Assembly (NCBI GenBank): GCA_963713615.1
Contig: CAVQMM010000001.1
Location: forward strand, 1,536,001-1,600,000
Direction: 5' to 3'
DNA: 64,000 bases
Origin: an uncultured Chlamydiae bacterium
Lineage (GTDB): Bacteria > Chlamydiota > Chlamydiia > Chlamydiales > JAJFMA01
Shown here: in pieces, positions 10,164 to 19,533 of the stretch
Layout of the letters: every line of letters begins with the position of its first letter
How positions within the stretch are numbered: position 1 is the stretch's first letter
The notes under the pieces: generated by a model
What the model was told of the DNA's origin: nothing
The model's database searches: none
What the model saw: the letters and a program-made list of their open reading frames with translations, nothing else
Program-made: the position numbers and the translations under genes

Positions 10164-12269
10164 ATGGATGTGAAATTGTGGCCAGGTCATCCATATCCTT
10201 TGGGAGCTACCTACGATGGCTCTGGGACTAACTTCTCTATCTTTTCTGAAAGAGCTGAACGGGTAGAACTATGCCTTCTTGACGACAACGGAAATGAGAC
10301 ACGCGTTGACCTACCTGAAGTGACCGGTTACTGTTGGCACGCCTATCTACCTAAGGTAAAATCTGGTCAACGCTATGGATATCGGATCCACGGACCATGG
10401 GATCCCGCCAATGGTCAACGCTTTAATCCAAACAAGCTTTTGCTAGACCCTTACGCCAAATCCATCAATGGACAGATTCAGTGGAACGAAGCTTTATTCC
10501 CCTATCACTTTGGCAAAAGTCCTGACGAAAAAAATAATTTAAACAGTGCTCCTTTTATGCCTCATTGTGTGGTCCATGAGCCCTTTTTTGATTGGACCGG
10601 TGACAACAAATTGCAGCACCCTCTGCAGCAAACGATTATTTATGAGGTTCACGTCAAAGGCTTTACAGCCACCCATCCAGAAATCCCCCCAGAACTGCGA
10701 GGGACCTATGCGGGGCTTGCACATCCAGTAGCCCTTGAATACCTCAAGAAGTTAGGCGTCAATGCTGTGGAGTTAATGCCCATTCATAGTTTTGTTCATG
10801 ACAAATTTCTCATAGAACGTGGCTTAAGAAACTATTGGGGTTATAATACCATCGGTTTTTTTGCGCCTCATGCCGAATATTCTTCCGATAAAGCTCCCAG
10901 TGGAAGCGTACCCGAATTTAAGGAAATGGTGAAAAAACTCCATAGAGAAGGGATCGAAGTCATTTTAGATGTGGTCTATAACCACACGGCGGAAGGGAAT
11001 CATATGGGCCCTATGCTGAGCTTCAAGGGAGTTGACAATGCGTATTACTACCGCCTGACAAACGATGCCCGCTACTATATGGATTATACTGGTACGGGAA
11101 ACAGCCTGAACATGCGTAATCCCCATGTTCTTCAAATGCTGATGGATTCGTTGCGCTATTGGATTTTGGAGATGCATGTGGATGGATTCCGTTTTGATTT
11201 GGCATCAACCTTGGCAAGAGAGCTTCACGATGTGGACAGGCTTTCAGCATTTTTTGACCTCATTCAACAAGATCCCGTCATCAGTCAAGTCAAACTCATT
11301 GCGGAACCATGGGATGTCGGAGAGGGGGGATATCAGGTAGGAAATTTTCCACCGTTATGGTCGGAATGGAATGGAAAATATCGGGACTGCGCAAGGGATT
11401 TTTGGCGGGGAGAAAATCAAACGCTAGGAGAGTTTGCTTCTCGGTTTACTGGCAGTTCGGATCTCTACCGTAGCAATTCTAGACTTCCCTCTGCGAGCAT
11501 CAACTATATCACGGCGCATGATGGATTCACTTTGAACGACTTAGTTTTCTATAACGGCAAGCACAACGACGCCAACAAGGATAACAACAATGATGGGGAT
11601 AATACAAACCGTAGTTGGAACTGCGGTGCTGAAGGTCCATCAGATGATCCTAATGTGATCAATCTACGAAACCGCCAAAAGCGAAACTTCTTAGCTTCTT
11701 TGTTTCTTTCACAGGGTACACCGATGTTGCTTAGTGGGGATGAGATGGGGCGCACCCAAAGGGGCAACAACAATGCCTACTGTCAGGACAATGAGATCTC
11801 GTGGCTAAATTGGCAAACTGTTGACGAAGATCTCCTCGAATTTACAAAAAAACTCATCCACTACAGAATCGATCATCCCGTGTTTCGCAGAAGACGCTGG
11901 TTTGAAGGGCATCCCCTCCATGATTCGGAATTGCGCGATATCGAATGGTTTAATACCGAAGGTAAGACCATGGCGTCGGAGGATTGGGGAAAAGGCTTCG
12001 TGAAGTCTCTGGGAGTCTTTTTAAATGGTAAAACGATTCCGAATCCAAATCCTCGCGGAGACACAGTTGTTGACGATGATTTTTACGTCATTTTTAACGC
12101 TTCAGAGAAGGATTTGGAGTTTACCCTCCCCTGCAAGCAATGGAGCGATCAATGGGTGAAAGAGCTTGATACCTCTAAAGGGTGGTTGGAAGAAGAACAA
12201 ACTCTAAAGGCTGAAGAAAAACTGCAAGTCCCAGCTCGAAGCTTAGTGGTCCTACGTCATGCCTCCTAA
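10164..12269 (+). CDS. glgX: Glycogen debranching enzyme GlgX/TreX (GH13)
   Basis: Motifs YPLGAT, NYWGYNT, DVVYNHT, DGFRFDLA, IAEPWD and HDGFTL. RBS GAGGAGG. Confidence 0.96.
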   Translation: MDVKLWPGHPYPLGATYDGSGTNFSIFSERAERVELCLLDDNGNETRVDLPEVTGYCWHAYLPKVKSGQRYGYRIHGPWDPANGQRFNPNKLLLDPYAKSINGQIQWNEALFPYHFGKSPDEKNNLNSAPFMPHCVVHEPFFDWTGDNKLQHPLQQTIIYEVHVKGFTATHPEIPPELRGTYAGLAHPVALEYLKKLGVNAVELMPIHSFVHDKFLIERGLRNYWGYNTIGFFAPHAEYSSDKAPSGSVPEFKEMVKKLHREGIEVILDVVYNHTAEGNHMGPMLSFKGVDNAYYYRLTNDARYYMDYTGTGNSLNMRNPHVLQMLMDSLRYWILEMHVDGFRFDLASTLARELHDVDRLSAFFDLIQQDPVISQVKLIAEPWDVGEGGYQVGNFPPLWSEWNGKYRDCARDFWRGENQTLGEFASRFTGSSDLYRSNSRLPSASINYITAHDGFTLNDLVFYNGKHNDANKDNNNDGDNTNRSWNCGAEGPSDDPNVINLRNRQKRNFLASLFLSQGTPMLLSGDEMGRTQRGNNNAYCQDNEISWLNWQTVDEDLLEFTKKLIHYRIDHPVFRRRRWFEGHPLHDSELRDIEWFNTEGKTMASEDWGKGFVKSLGVFLNGKTIPNPNPRGDTVVDDDFYVIFNASEKDLEFTLPCKQWSDQWVKELDTSKGWLEEEQTLKAEEKLQVPARSLVVLRHAS

Positions 12270-14856
12270 GCCTGTTGCTACCTATAGACTGCAATTGCGC
12301 CCTGGTTTTGGCTTTGAACAAGTCTTGGAGATCGTCGATTATCTTGCGAATCTAGGCATCACCCACCTGTATACTAGCCCCCTCCTGCAAGCGGCAACAG
12401 GTAGTACCCATGGTTACGACATCGTTGATCCCACGCGAATCAATACACAGCTGGGAACCTATGAGTCCTACAGTCGGCTTTGCGAGACTCTTCAGAAAAA
12501 AGATCTCGGCCTTATGATCGATGTTGTTCCCAATCACATGGCGATTATCGGAAAACAGAATCCCTGGTGGTGGGATGTTTTGGAAAATGGACCTTCAAGT
12601 CCCTACGCTATTTATTTCGACGTGGATTGGGACGCCTCCGAAGAGAGGTGGCCGAACAAAGTCCTCTTACCTGTCTTGGGCGATCACTATGGTCAGGTTT
12701 TAGACAAAGGAGAGCTAAAAATAACGTTTCTAGATGGCCACATGATCCTTGATTATCATGAACAGAGCTTTCCCATTGATCCATCCAGTTTAGCCGGCTT
12801 TTTCAGTCGGGTGGCTAGTTCATCCCATTCAGAGCTACTGGCCTTCCTCGCCGAAAGTTATGCACGGTTGCCTAGACCTACCGTCACATCTCGTCCTGCG
12901 GTAGAGCGGCGCCACAAAGATAAGGCTGTGTTATTTAATCTTCTTGTTCGTTTATGCCAGGAGGAGCCGGAATCTACTGCAGCCATCCTCGCCGAAGTAG
13001 AAAGGCTGAACAAGGATCCAGATGCACTCCATGCGCTACTCGAACAGCAAAATTACCGTTTAGCTTTTTGGTCTACCGCCAGCAGAGACCTAGGCTACCG
13101 GCGCTTTTTTGACATCAAAGATCTCGTGGGTATGAGAGTCGAGGATTTTGAAGTCTTTCAGGCCTCACACGCCCTACCTATTTCGTGGTTTAAAAAGGGA
13201 TGGGTTCAAGGTCTTCGGGTGGATCATCCCGATGGCTTGCGCGACCCTGCCCAGTACTTCCATCGTTTGCAAGAAGCCTGTCCAGGCTCTTGGGTTGTGG
13301 CGGAAAAAATTCTTGAACCCGATGAGGAGTTGCCCTCCTCATGGGAAGTCGCCGGAACCACAGGATATGATTTTCTGAACCTTGTCAACGGGCTCTTTAT
13401 TGATCCTCAAGGGAAGGAAGCCTTGACGAAGATCTATCACGACATCATAGGCCAGGAAATTGACTTTAAGGATTTGGTATACACATGCAAATGCCTGGTG
13501 CTCGAGGAGCTCTTTGGTAGCGAAGTGAATCTTCTAGCTAGCCTTTTTGTAGAGATTTGCGAAAAGCATCGACACTATCGCGACTATACCCGGCATGAAT
13601 TACGCGAAGCGCTTCGGCAAGTCGCAGCCTGTTTTCCAGTGTACCGATCATACGCTTCAGCGAAAGACCGCTTTGTTTCCGATGAGGATAAACATCACAT
13701 CGAGACAGCTATCGATCTCGCTAAACTCAGAAAACCCGATATAGATCCGAAGCTCTTACTTTTCCTTAAAGCCGTGCTCCTCCTCAGCGTTGAAGGAAGC
13801 CTCGAAGAGGAGTTCGCCATGCGCTTTCAGCAATTGACAGGACCGGTGATGGCAAAAGGCTATGAAGATACGGCTCTGTATCGATACAACAGACTCATTT
13901 CATTAAATGAAGTAGGAGGAGATCCGAGCGGCTTTGGCATAAGCCTCCAACAGTTTCACGAAGCATGTCTTATAGCACGCCCCCTTTCTTTACTCGCATC
14001 AACGACACATGACACAAAGCACAGCGAAGACTTCCGCGCGCGGCTTTCCTTACTTTCACAAATGCCAGAAGAATGGGGGCAATTCGTACAGAGGTGGATG
14101 AACGCTTATCCAGAACTTGATAGAAACACAGCATATTTGTTTTTCCAAGCCCTAGTGGGAACGTGGCCCATCAACGAAGAGCGCATGCAAGCTTATATGG
14201 AGAAAGTGGTGCGCGAAGCCAAAGAGCACACCTCTTGGCTGAAACCTAACAAACAGTACGAAGAGAATGTCAGGATTTTTGTCGCTACTGTGATGGACGA
14301 TAAGAATTTTATAGCCGATTTGGAAACTTACGTTGCCAAATTACTCTATCCAGGCTGGATAAATGGACTCGCCCAGACCCTAATTAAAATGACAGCACCA
14401 GGTGTATCAGATATCTATCAAGGCAGTGAACTTTGGAATACAAGTCTGGTAGATCCTGATAATCGCAGAGAGGTAGATTATCCCGAAAGAATCCGACTCT
14501 TGAATGAACTCAATAGTCTCAATTACGAAGAGATCCTTGCAAGAATGGATGAGGGCCTGCCAAAGCTGTGGGTGATTCACAAAACCTTACACCTTCGCCA
14601 AAAACATCCTTTTGGTCCCTATAAACCCCTTTATGCCAAAGGTAATTATGCTGATCATGTTGTGGCATATATGCGAGGAGATTCGGTTTTGATTGTTGTT
14701 CCCCGCTTCGATTGCCAAGACACCATGCTGAACTTACCCTCTGGTAATTGGGAGAATATTTTTACAGGAGAAACCCTGTCGGGGGAAATTCGTGTGGAAG
14801 AGTTACTAGCCCGCTTTCCGATAGCCCTGATGTTGTGGGTACCTAAAGGATCTTGA
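12259..14856 (+). CDS. treY: Malto-oligosyltrehalose synthase
   Basis: Motifs ATYRLQ, GSTHGYD, DVVPNHM, GLRVDHPDGL, NEVGG, STTHDTK and SLVDPDNRR. Overlaps the glgX stop. Confidence 0.95.
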   Translation: MPPKPVATYRLQLRPGFGFEQVLEIVDYLANLGITHLYTSPLLQAATGSTHGYDIVDPTRINTQLGTYESYSRLCETLQKKDLGLMIDVVPNHMAIIGKQNPWWWDVLENGPSSPYAIYFDVDWDASEERWPNKVLLPVLGDHYGQVLDKGELKITFLDGHMILDYHEQSFPIDPSSLAGFFSRVASSSHSELLAFLAESYARLPRPTVTSRPAVERRHKDKAVLFNLLVRLCQEEPESTAAILAEVERLNKDPDALHALLEQQNYRLAFWSTASRDLGYRRFFDIKDLVGMRVEDFEVFQASHALPISWFKKGWVQGLRVDHPDGLRDPAQYFHRLQEACPGSWVVAEKILEPDEELPSSWEVAGTTGYDFLNLVNGLFIDPQGKEALTKIYHDIIGQEIDFKDLVYTCKCLVLEELFGSEVNLLASLFVEICEKHRHYRDYTRHELREALRQVAACFPVYRSYASAKDRFVSDEDKHHIETAIDLAKLRKPDIDPKLLLFLKAVLLLSVEGSLEEEFAMRFQQLTGPVMAKGYEDTALYRYNRLISLNEVGGDPSGFGISLQQFHEACLIARPLSLLASTTHDTKHSEDFRARLSLLSQMPEEWGQFVQRWMNAYPELDRNTAYLFFQALVGTWPINEERMQAYMEKVVREAKEHTSWLKPNKQYEENVRIFVATVMDDKNFIADLETYVAKLLYPGWINGLAQTLIKMTAPGVSDIYQGSELWNTSLVDPDNRREVDYPERIRLLNELNSLNYEEILARMDEGLPKLWVIHKTLHLRQKHPFGPYKPLYAKGNYADHVVAYMRGDSVLIVVPRFDCQDTMLNLPSGNWENIFTGETLSGEIRVEELLARFPIALMLWVPKGS

Positions 14857-15180
14857 GAGGTCCTTCCCAGCAGGTTACTGCATGCTTCTCCATGTCGATG
14901 TTCATAGAGATCACACCCTCTAGCAAACTGGAGGGAAGTGCCCAAGTGAATGATGATCCATGCAACCAAAATTCCTGCAAAGATCGGGTTCACAAACCAA
15001 AAGAAAATTGCTCCTAAGATGCATGTCGCAATCGCTGGAAGGATAGGCCAAAATAACTGCTGAATAATCAAATCCATATCCGTCATCTTATTTGCCAAAC
15101 TTCCAGCAAACCGTTCATTGAAGTAGTGCGGGAGGTGGTGCTGGATGTGATCAAACAGGGCCATGCGAAGGTCTGCTAAA
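14857..15180 (-). pseudogene. Internal fragment of an ABC transporter transmembrane domain
   Basis: ADLRMALFDHIQHH...YFNERFAGSLANKMTD...GILVAWIIIHL, with no start and no NBD. Confidence 0.65.
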
Positions 15181-15232
15181 GACCCATTTTTGAAGCCGCA
15201 TGAACTGCCAAACAAAACTGATGATTTCGGCT

Positions 15233-15402
15233 CTTGGGAAGAATTGGGGCGCTTTGGAATCACAATCGTCAATCGGCGCGAAGCGCTTTGGAGCCCCAAC
15301 CGACTGCGTCGCCAATATCCGAAAGTAACGCTAAAAAAGAATTAGGAATTTTCACCGCCGAGTGACGATTGTGATTCCAAAGCGCCCCCAATTCTTCCCA
15401 AG
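15233..15402. repeat. CCAAAGCG palindromic repeat element
   Basis: About 47-bp inverted arms CTTGGGAAGAATTGGGGCGCTTTGGAATCACAATCGTCA / TGACGATTGTGATTCCAAAGCGCCCCCAATTCTTCCCAAG. Confidence 0.8.
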
Positions 15403-15417
15403 CACCTAAGATTTTGC

Positions 15418-15981
15418 CTATGAATGGCAATCAGGTCTTTTGTAGTGCACTTTCAGATAGTAGTCGATAAGTTTCTTTAAAAGCACACGAGGATTTGATT
15501 CGTACATGATCTTCGCGCCTGTTTTCTTTTTTATATATTTAACAATGTGCTTAATCTCTGACGCGATGCCATCAGTACCCAAAAGAATGCCTATAAGGTT
15601 GCCTTCATCATAGGCAATTGAAAATTCACCAAGCGTTCCCGAATGGCCACCCATGATGATCACAATATCCGAACTGCGAATATTTACAACTTCCCTTCCC
15701 ATCAACCCGCTTCCAGTAAAAATAAGCACATCATGGTAGGCTGTGGGGGATTGATATTTTTCGATATGTTCCCTTTCGCTCAGTGCCGGCGATATCCCTA
15801 CAACCAATCCACCGGTGATGCTCGCTCCTCTAGCTGCCTCGAGGGGAAATCCAGGACAGGCTCCAGTGACAGTTATGCAATCATTTTCGGCTATCGCACA
15901 CCCTAACTCAAAAGCTTTATTCTTATGAACTTTTGAAAGCTTACCGGATGCGGATCCCATGACCCCAACTTTTAATTTCAT
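15418..15981 (-). CDS. LOG/SLOG-family nucleotide-binding protein
   Basis: Motifs VGVMGSA, TGACPG, GLMGREV and GGHSGTLGE. Confidence 0.85.
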   Translation of the reverse strand: MKLKVGVMGSASGKLSKVHKNKAFELGCAIAENDCITVTGACPGFPLEAARGASITGGLVVGISPALSEREHIEKYQSPTAYHDVLIFTGSGLMGREVVNIRSSDIVIIMGGHSGTLGEFSIAYDEGNLIGILLGTDGIASEIKHIVKYIKKKTGAKIMYESNPRVLLKKLIDYYLKVHYKRPDCHS

Positions 15982-15997
15982 TTTGTCTCCTTTTTAG

Positions 15998-16053
15998 GGC
16001 CTTGTTCACTTTTGCAGTCGACCGAAATTCTGACCGCAAAGGTGAACAAGGCC
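15998..16053 (+). mobile_element. Internally deleted MITE family B (56 bp)
   Basis: Both GGCC ends retained, 8-bp TSD CTTTTTAG, centre deleted across a CTTT microhomology. Confidence 0.85.
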
Positions 16054-16156
16054 CTTTTTAGTATTACTGTCTTCTCCAGTAAAATAGGCTGCTGCTCTTG
16101 GACCTAAAGCTCTCATCATTCGGAATAAAATACATTTTTCTTAATATGTCAATTAT

Positions 16157-16316
16157 GGCCTTGTTCACCTTTACGGTCAGAATTTCGGTCGGACGAAAAA
16201 GGTCGGATGTCGTGGTTTGTGACGAGGGCATAGCGCCAGCTATGTCCGAGGAGCAAAACGCGACAGACGATCCTTTTGCAGTCGACCGAAAACTGACCGC
16301 AAAGGTGAATAAGGCC
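16157..16316 (+). mobile_element. MITE family B (160 bp), copy 3, without matching TSD
   Basis: Identical to 8637-8796, but the flanks TCAATTAT and GAAAGGAG differ. Confidence 0.92.
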
Positions 16317-16443
16317 GAAAGGAGCCGATCCCACGATACCCGATCCCCTAGGAAATACTATACTTTCTATGGCCCAACTGGACGGCAATCTTGAGGTAAT
16401 CAAGCTTCTTAAAGACAACCAAGTGCCTCCTCCTAGACCCTAA
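16317..16443 (+). pseudogene. 3' remnant of an ankyrin gene paralogous to 16589-19468
   Basis: Reads KGADPTIPDPLGNTILSMAQLDGNLEVIKLLKDNQVPPPRP*, compared with AGADPNIPDPSGSTILSIAQLEGNVEVIKLLGQ* in the neighbour. Confidence 0.8.
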
Positions 16444-16588
16444 TCCGAAGATTAAAACCTATTCACCCGCAATCGCATAGTCGGCCGATTATTTCATCAA
16501 GGTAATGCCTATTAAAATTATTTATTAAAGCCTATAATAAAACTGTATTACCTTTATCTAGCTCTGGATTCTTTTATGAGAGGGACAT

Positions 16589-19468
16589 ATGGAATTTCCA
16601 TCGGAAGCTTCGTCACCTGTTAAGCAACCCAATGAAGAAAAACCTGATAGAGATTCTTTTGTACAGCCGGAATCAGCTGTCATCTCCAGTGGTCATGCTT
16701 TTAAAAAAGTAGATACTCCATTAGATCAAAATGAAAAAAAAGAACAGCGTACGTTGGACAAGGTCTCCGATGTTGCCCCTGATACAGAGAAGCGACCGGT
16801 TGAAGGTGACGTACCCCCTATTCGCAAGCCTGCGCTGCTCGATCCTAAGACTGTTGAACCGCCGCAACCAGAAGGGGTGAAAAGTGCATTACCAGAAGCC
16901 CTAAAGGTGTCTAAGACGATAGGAGACCGAAAGAATATCGCTATTCCCCTAAAACAGGCCCGACCTTGCATCGTCTCTGCTGAGTTAAAAAAAAATAAGG
17001 TACAAAATCGCTTTGCTTTGCATGAGGCCATTTGCAATGGGAATATAGAAGACTTTAAGGCTGTTCTTAGCGTTGGGAAAAATCTGTTGAATGTTCGAGA
17101 TTTTGACGGAAGAACTCCTTTGATGTTAGCCGTCGACCTTGCCAAGCCAGAGATGGCAGTACTCCTCTTAAAAGCTAAGGCAAATCCCAATATTGTAGAT
17201 AGGAATGGAGAGACTCCCCTGCATGTGGTTGCTACCACAGGTGACCTGCCGTTAACAAAGTTGCTGTTGGAGTCAGGAGCAGATCCTAATATAGAGGACA
17301 ACGAGGGATATTTGCCCCTGTTCGCTGCATGTGTAGAGGACCATCCTGAAATAGCAAAGTTGCTATTGGATTTTGGGGCTGATCCTGATAAAAAAACCAA
17401 ACTGGGAGGTCTAGTTGATATCTCATGTTTGAATGGATCTCCAGCGATGATAAATGCACTCATGGAGAAAGGGATTAGTTTTTCCCCTCGGATACTTTCC
17501 GACTCTGACACGCCCTATTTATTGAGCCTCTTTAATGAAAGGTTGGCAGGAACTCCTGAACTAGCTCTTCTTGAAAAGGCTGATGGGGACTTTACTCGCG
17601 AATATTCTTATAGAAAAGAGTTAGCGCACCGTTTTGGATTTGAGGGAATGACCAACATTGCAGGCGATGAAGCATCTCTTGAGGGGTGGAGTGTGCGGGA
17701 ATCCGCACGAACCTTGGTTCTAAAGACAGACAGCTACTACAACCAGCTAAAAAAAGGAATGCAAGATCCGACGCAACCCCAATGGCATGATGTAAAGAAT
17801 GGATTGATGCCCGATACGCAAACCAAAATTGCAGAGTTGGGTTCTGAAAAGGTTGACCAGACTCTGGATGAAGCAACTAAGGCCCTACGCCACAGTCTCG
17901 ACTATGAGAAAGAAACGGCGGAGCAGCTGATGGCACGAGTAGACAAAGGAGAAGTTGTCCCTGTTTTGACCAGTTGGATAGATGAAAACCATTGTGTCGC
18001 AGCCGTCTTTTATAAGGATAGCAGTGGGACATATGTCATAAGTCGATGCAACAAAGGATCTCGTCCAGATGATAAAGAACCCGGAATATACTGCCAAACC
18101 CTTCATTCAGCAACTGGGCTGCTGGAGGTTTTTCAACAACTAAAGAATCCAGGATGGTCATCTGATTACTTCTATAATGGTATAGACAAGGCCCTGGATA
18201 TCAAAGATGAGGTATACATTCGCCAGAAGGATCAAAAAGTAGGTAATTGCACTGTTGCGAACGCAAACAGCATGGAAAGAGCTATTCAGTATATGCTCTT
18301 TGCTCCCAAGATGGGGTCAGAGGCGGCTATCGATCTTTCCAGCGGCTTTCAGAAGGGACGTTGTGCCGATTCGCGCACGGGAACTCTTCAGGAATATCTT
18401 AAGTTTCATACTCCAGCAGAGGCCGGGGCAACCTCATCTCTACCCATCGATTATCAACTATTATTGAATATCTACGAAAAGTATACTACTGATCCTCAAG
18501 ATGATGCTGAACGTAAAGAAATCATCGAAAGTTGGTGCCAACAGCAGGGTATCGAGGTTCAATACCTTCCCTACCACGCATTTGTATCTCGTTACCCTAC
18601 GTTTGAAGCTGTCGAGTTCAATGACGTCGATGGCGTGCAGACAATGACGAGAACGGGGCAAATTGACATAAACTCTAGGGACATGCTTGGCCAAACTCCT
18701 TTGCATGCTGCATGCATGTCGAATCGTGTTGAGGTCATGAATTGGCTAATCGATAACGGTGCAGACCTCTATGCCTTAGATAATGATGGCATCTCACCTC
18801 TGGCCCACGCCATGCTTAGCGGGAGTCCACAACTGGTAGGTGAACTTCTAAAACTGCAAGACATAGACTTTACTTCTATGAACATGTACCTCGGTAGCTC
18901 ACTGCATCGGCTAGCGCTCCAGAACCCCGAACTCGCTGGTACCCCTGAGTTAGCTGCCCTGGCGACAGCAAAGGGTAATTCACCTATTCATAGCGCTATT
19001 CATAATGGGGACATAGGGCAGCTCAGGAATCTTATTAGCGAAGGTAACATTCCATTAGACGCTCTGGATTCTAGGGGAGAAACGCCTTTGAGCATAGCCA
19101 TAGCTAACCTAGGGACAGCAACGCCGAATGAAAAACTGAAATGCAGGGAGGCCGTGAAGCTGCTTTTGCAGGCTGGAGCAGATCCCAATATAATAACCCG
19201 CCAAGGAGTTGCTCCCTTACACACCGCTTCTATGACAGGCAGTCTAGGCCTTGCAAAGGTGCTTTTGAATGCGAGGGCAGATCCCAATTTAGAAGACAAC
19301 GCTGGAATGCGTCCAATCCACCACGCCTACGGCGGCAATATTCACATAATCGAGCTGCTTTTGCAGGCTGGGGCAGATCCCAATATACCGGATCCCAGTG
19401 GAAGTACTATACTATCCATTGCCCAGCTGGAAGGCAATGTTGAAGTCATAAAGCTTCTTGGGCAATAA
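16589..19468 (+). CDS. Ankyrin-repeat protein with central cysteine-protease-like domain (putative effector)
   Basis: N- and C-terminal ankyrin blocks (GRTPLM, GETPLH, GQTPLH, GADPN). Central motifs KELAHRFG, LEGW, NHCVA, RCNKG and QKVGNC. The N-terminus looks disordered. Confidence 0.88.
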   Translation: MEFPSEASSPVKQPNEEKPDRDSFVQPESAVISSGHAFKKVDTPLDQNEKKEQRTLDKVSDVAPDTEKRPVEGDVPPIRKPALLDPKTVEPPQPEGVKSALPEALKVSKTIGDRKNIAIPLKQARPCIVSAELKKNKVQNRFALHEAICNGNIEDFKAVLSVGKNLLNVRDFDGRTPLMLAVDLAKPEMAVLLLKAKANPNIVDRNGETPLHVVATTGDLPLTKLLLESGADPNIEDNEGYLPLFAACVEDHPEIAKLLLDFGADPDKKTKLGGLVDISCLNGSPAMINALMEKGISFSPRILSDSDTPYLLSLFNERLAGTPELALLEKADGDFTREYSYRKELAHRFGFEGMTNIAGDEASLEGWSVRESARTLVLKTDSYYNQLKKGMQDPTQPQWHDVKNGLMPDTQTKIAELGSEKVDQTLDEATKALRHSLDYEKETAEQLMARVDKGEVVPVLTSWIDENHCVAAVFYKDSSGTYVISRCNKGSRPDDKEPGIYCQTLHSATGLLEVFQQLKNPGWSSDYFYNGIDKALDIKDEVYIRQKDQKVGNCTVANANSMERAIQYMLFAPKMGSEAAIDLSSGFQKGRCADSRTGTLQEYLKFHTPAEAGATSSLPIDYQLLLNIYEKYTTDPQDDAERKEIIESWCQQQGIEVQYLPYHAFVSRYPTFEAVEFNDVDGVQTMTRTGQIDINSRDMLGQTPLHAACMSNRVEVMNWLIDNGADLYALDNDGISPLAHAMLSGSPQLVGELLKLQDIDFTSMNMYLGSSLHRLALQNPELAGTPELAALATAKGNSPIHSAIHNGDIGQLRNLISEGNIPLDALDSRGETPLSIAIANLGTATPNEKLKCREAVKLLLQAGADPNIITRQGVAPLHTASMTGSLGLAKVLLNARADPNLEDNAGMRPIHHAYGGNIHIIELLLQAGADPNIPDPSGSTILSIAQLEGNVEVIKLLGQ

Positions 19469-19533
19469 CACCCACCACGCGCGTTTTCATGGCATCTATT
19501 TGGGTTTTATGTTTTGGTAAGCTTTTCCTTTAA

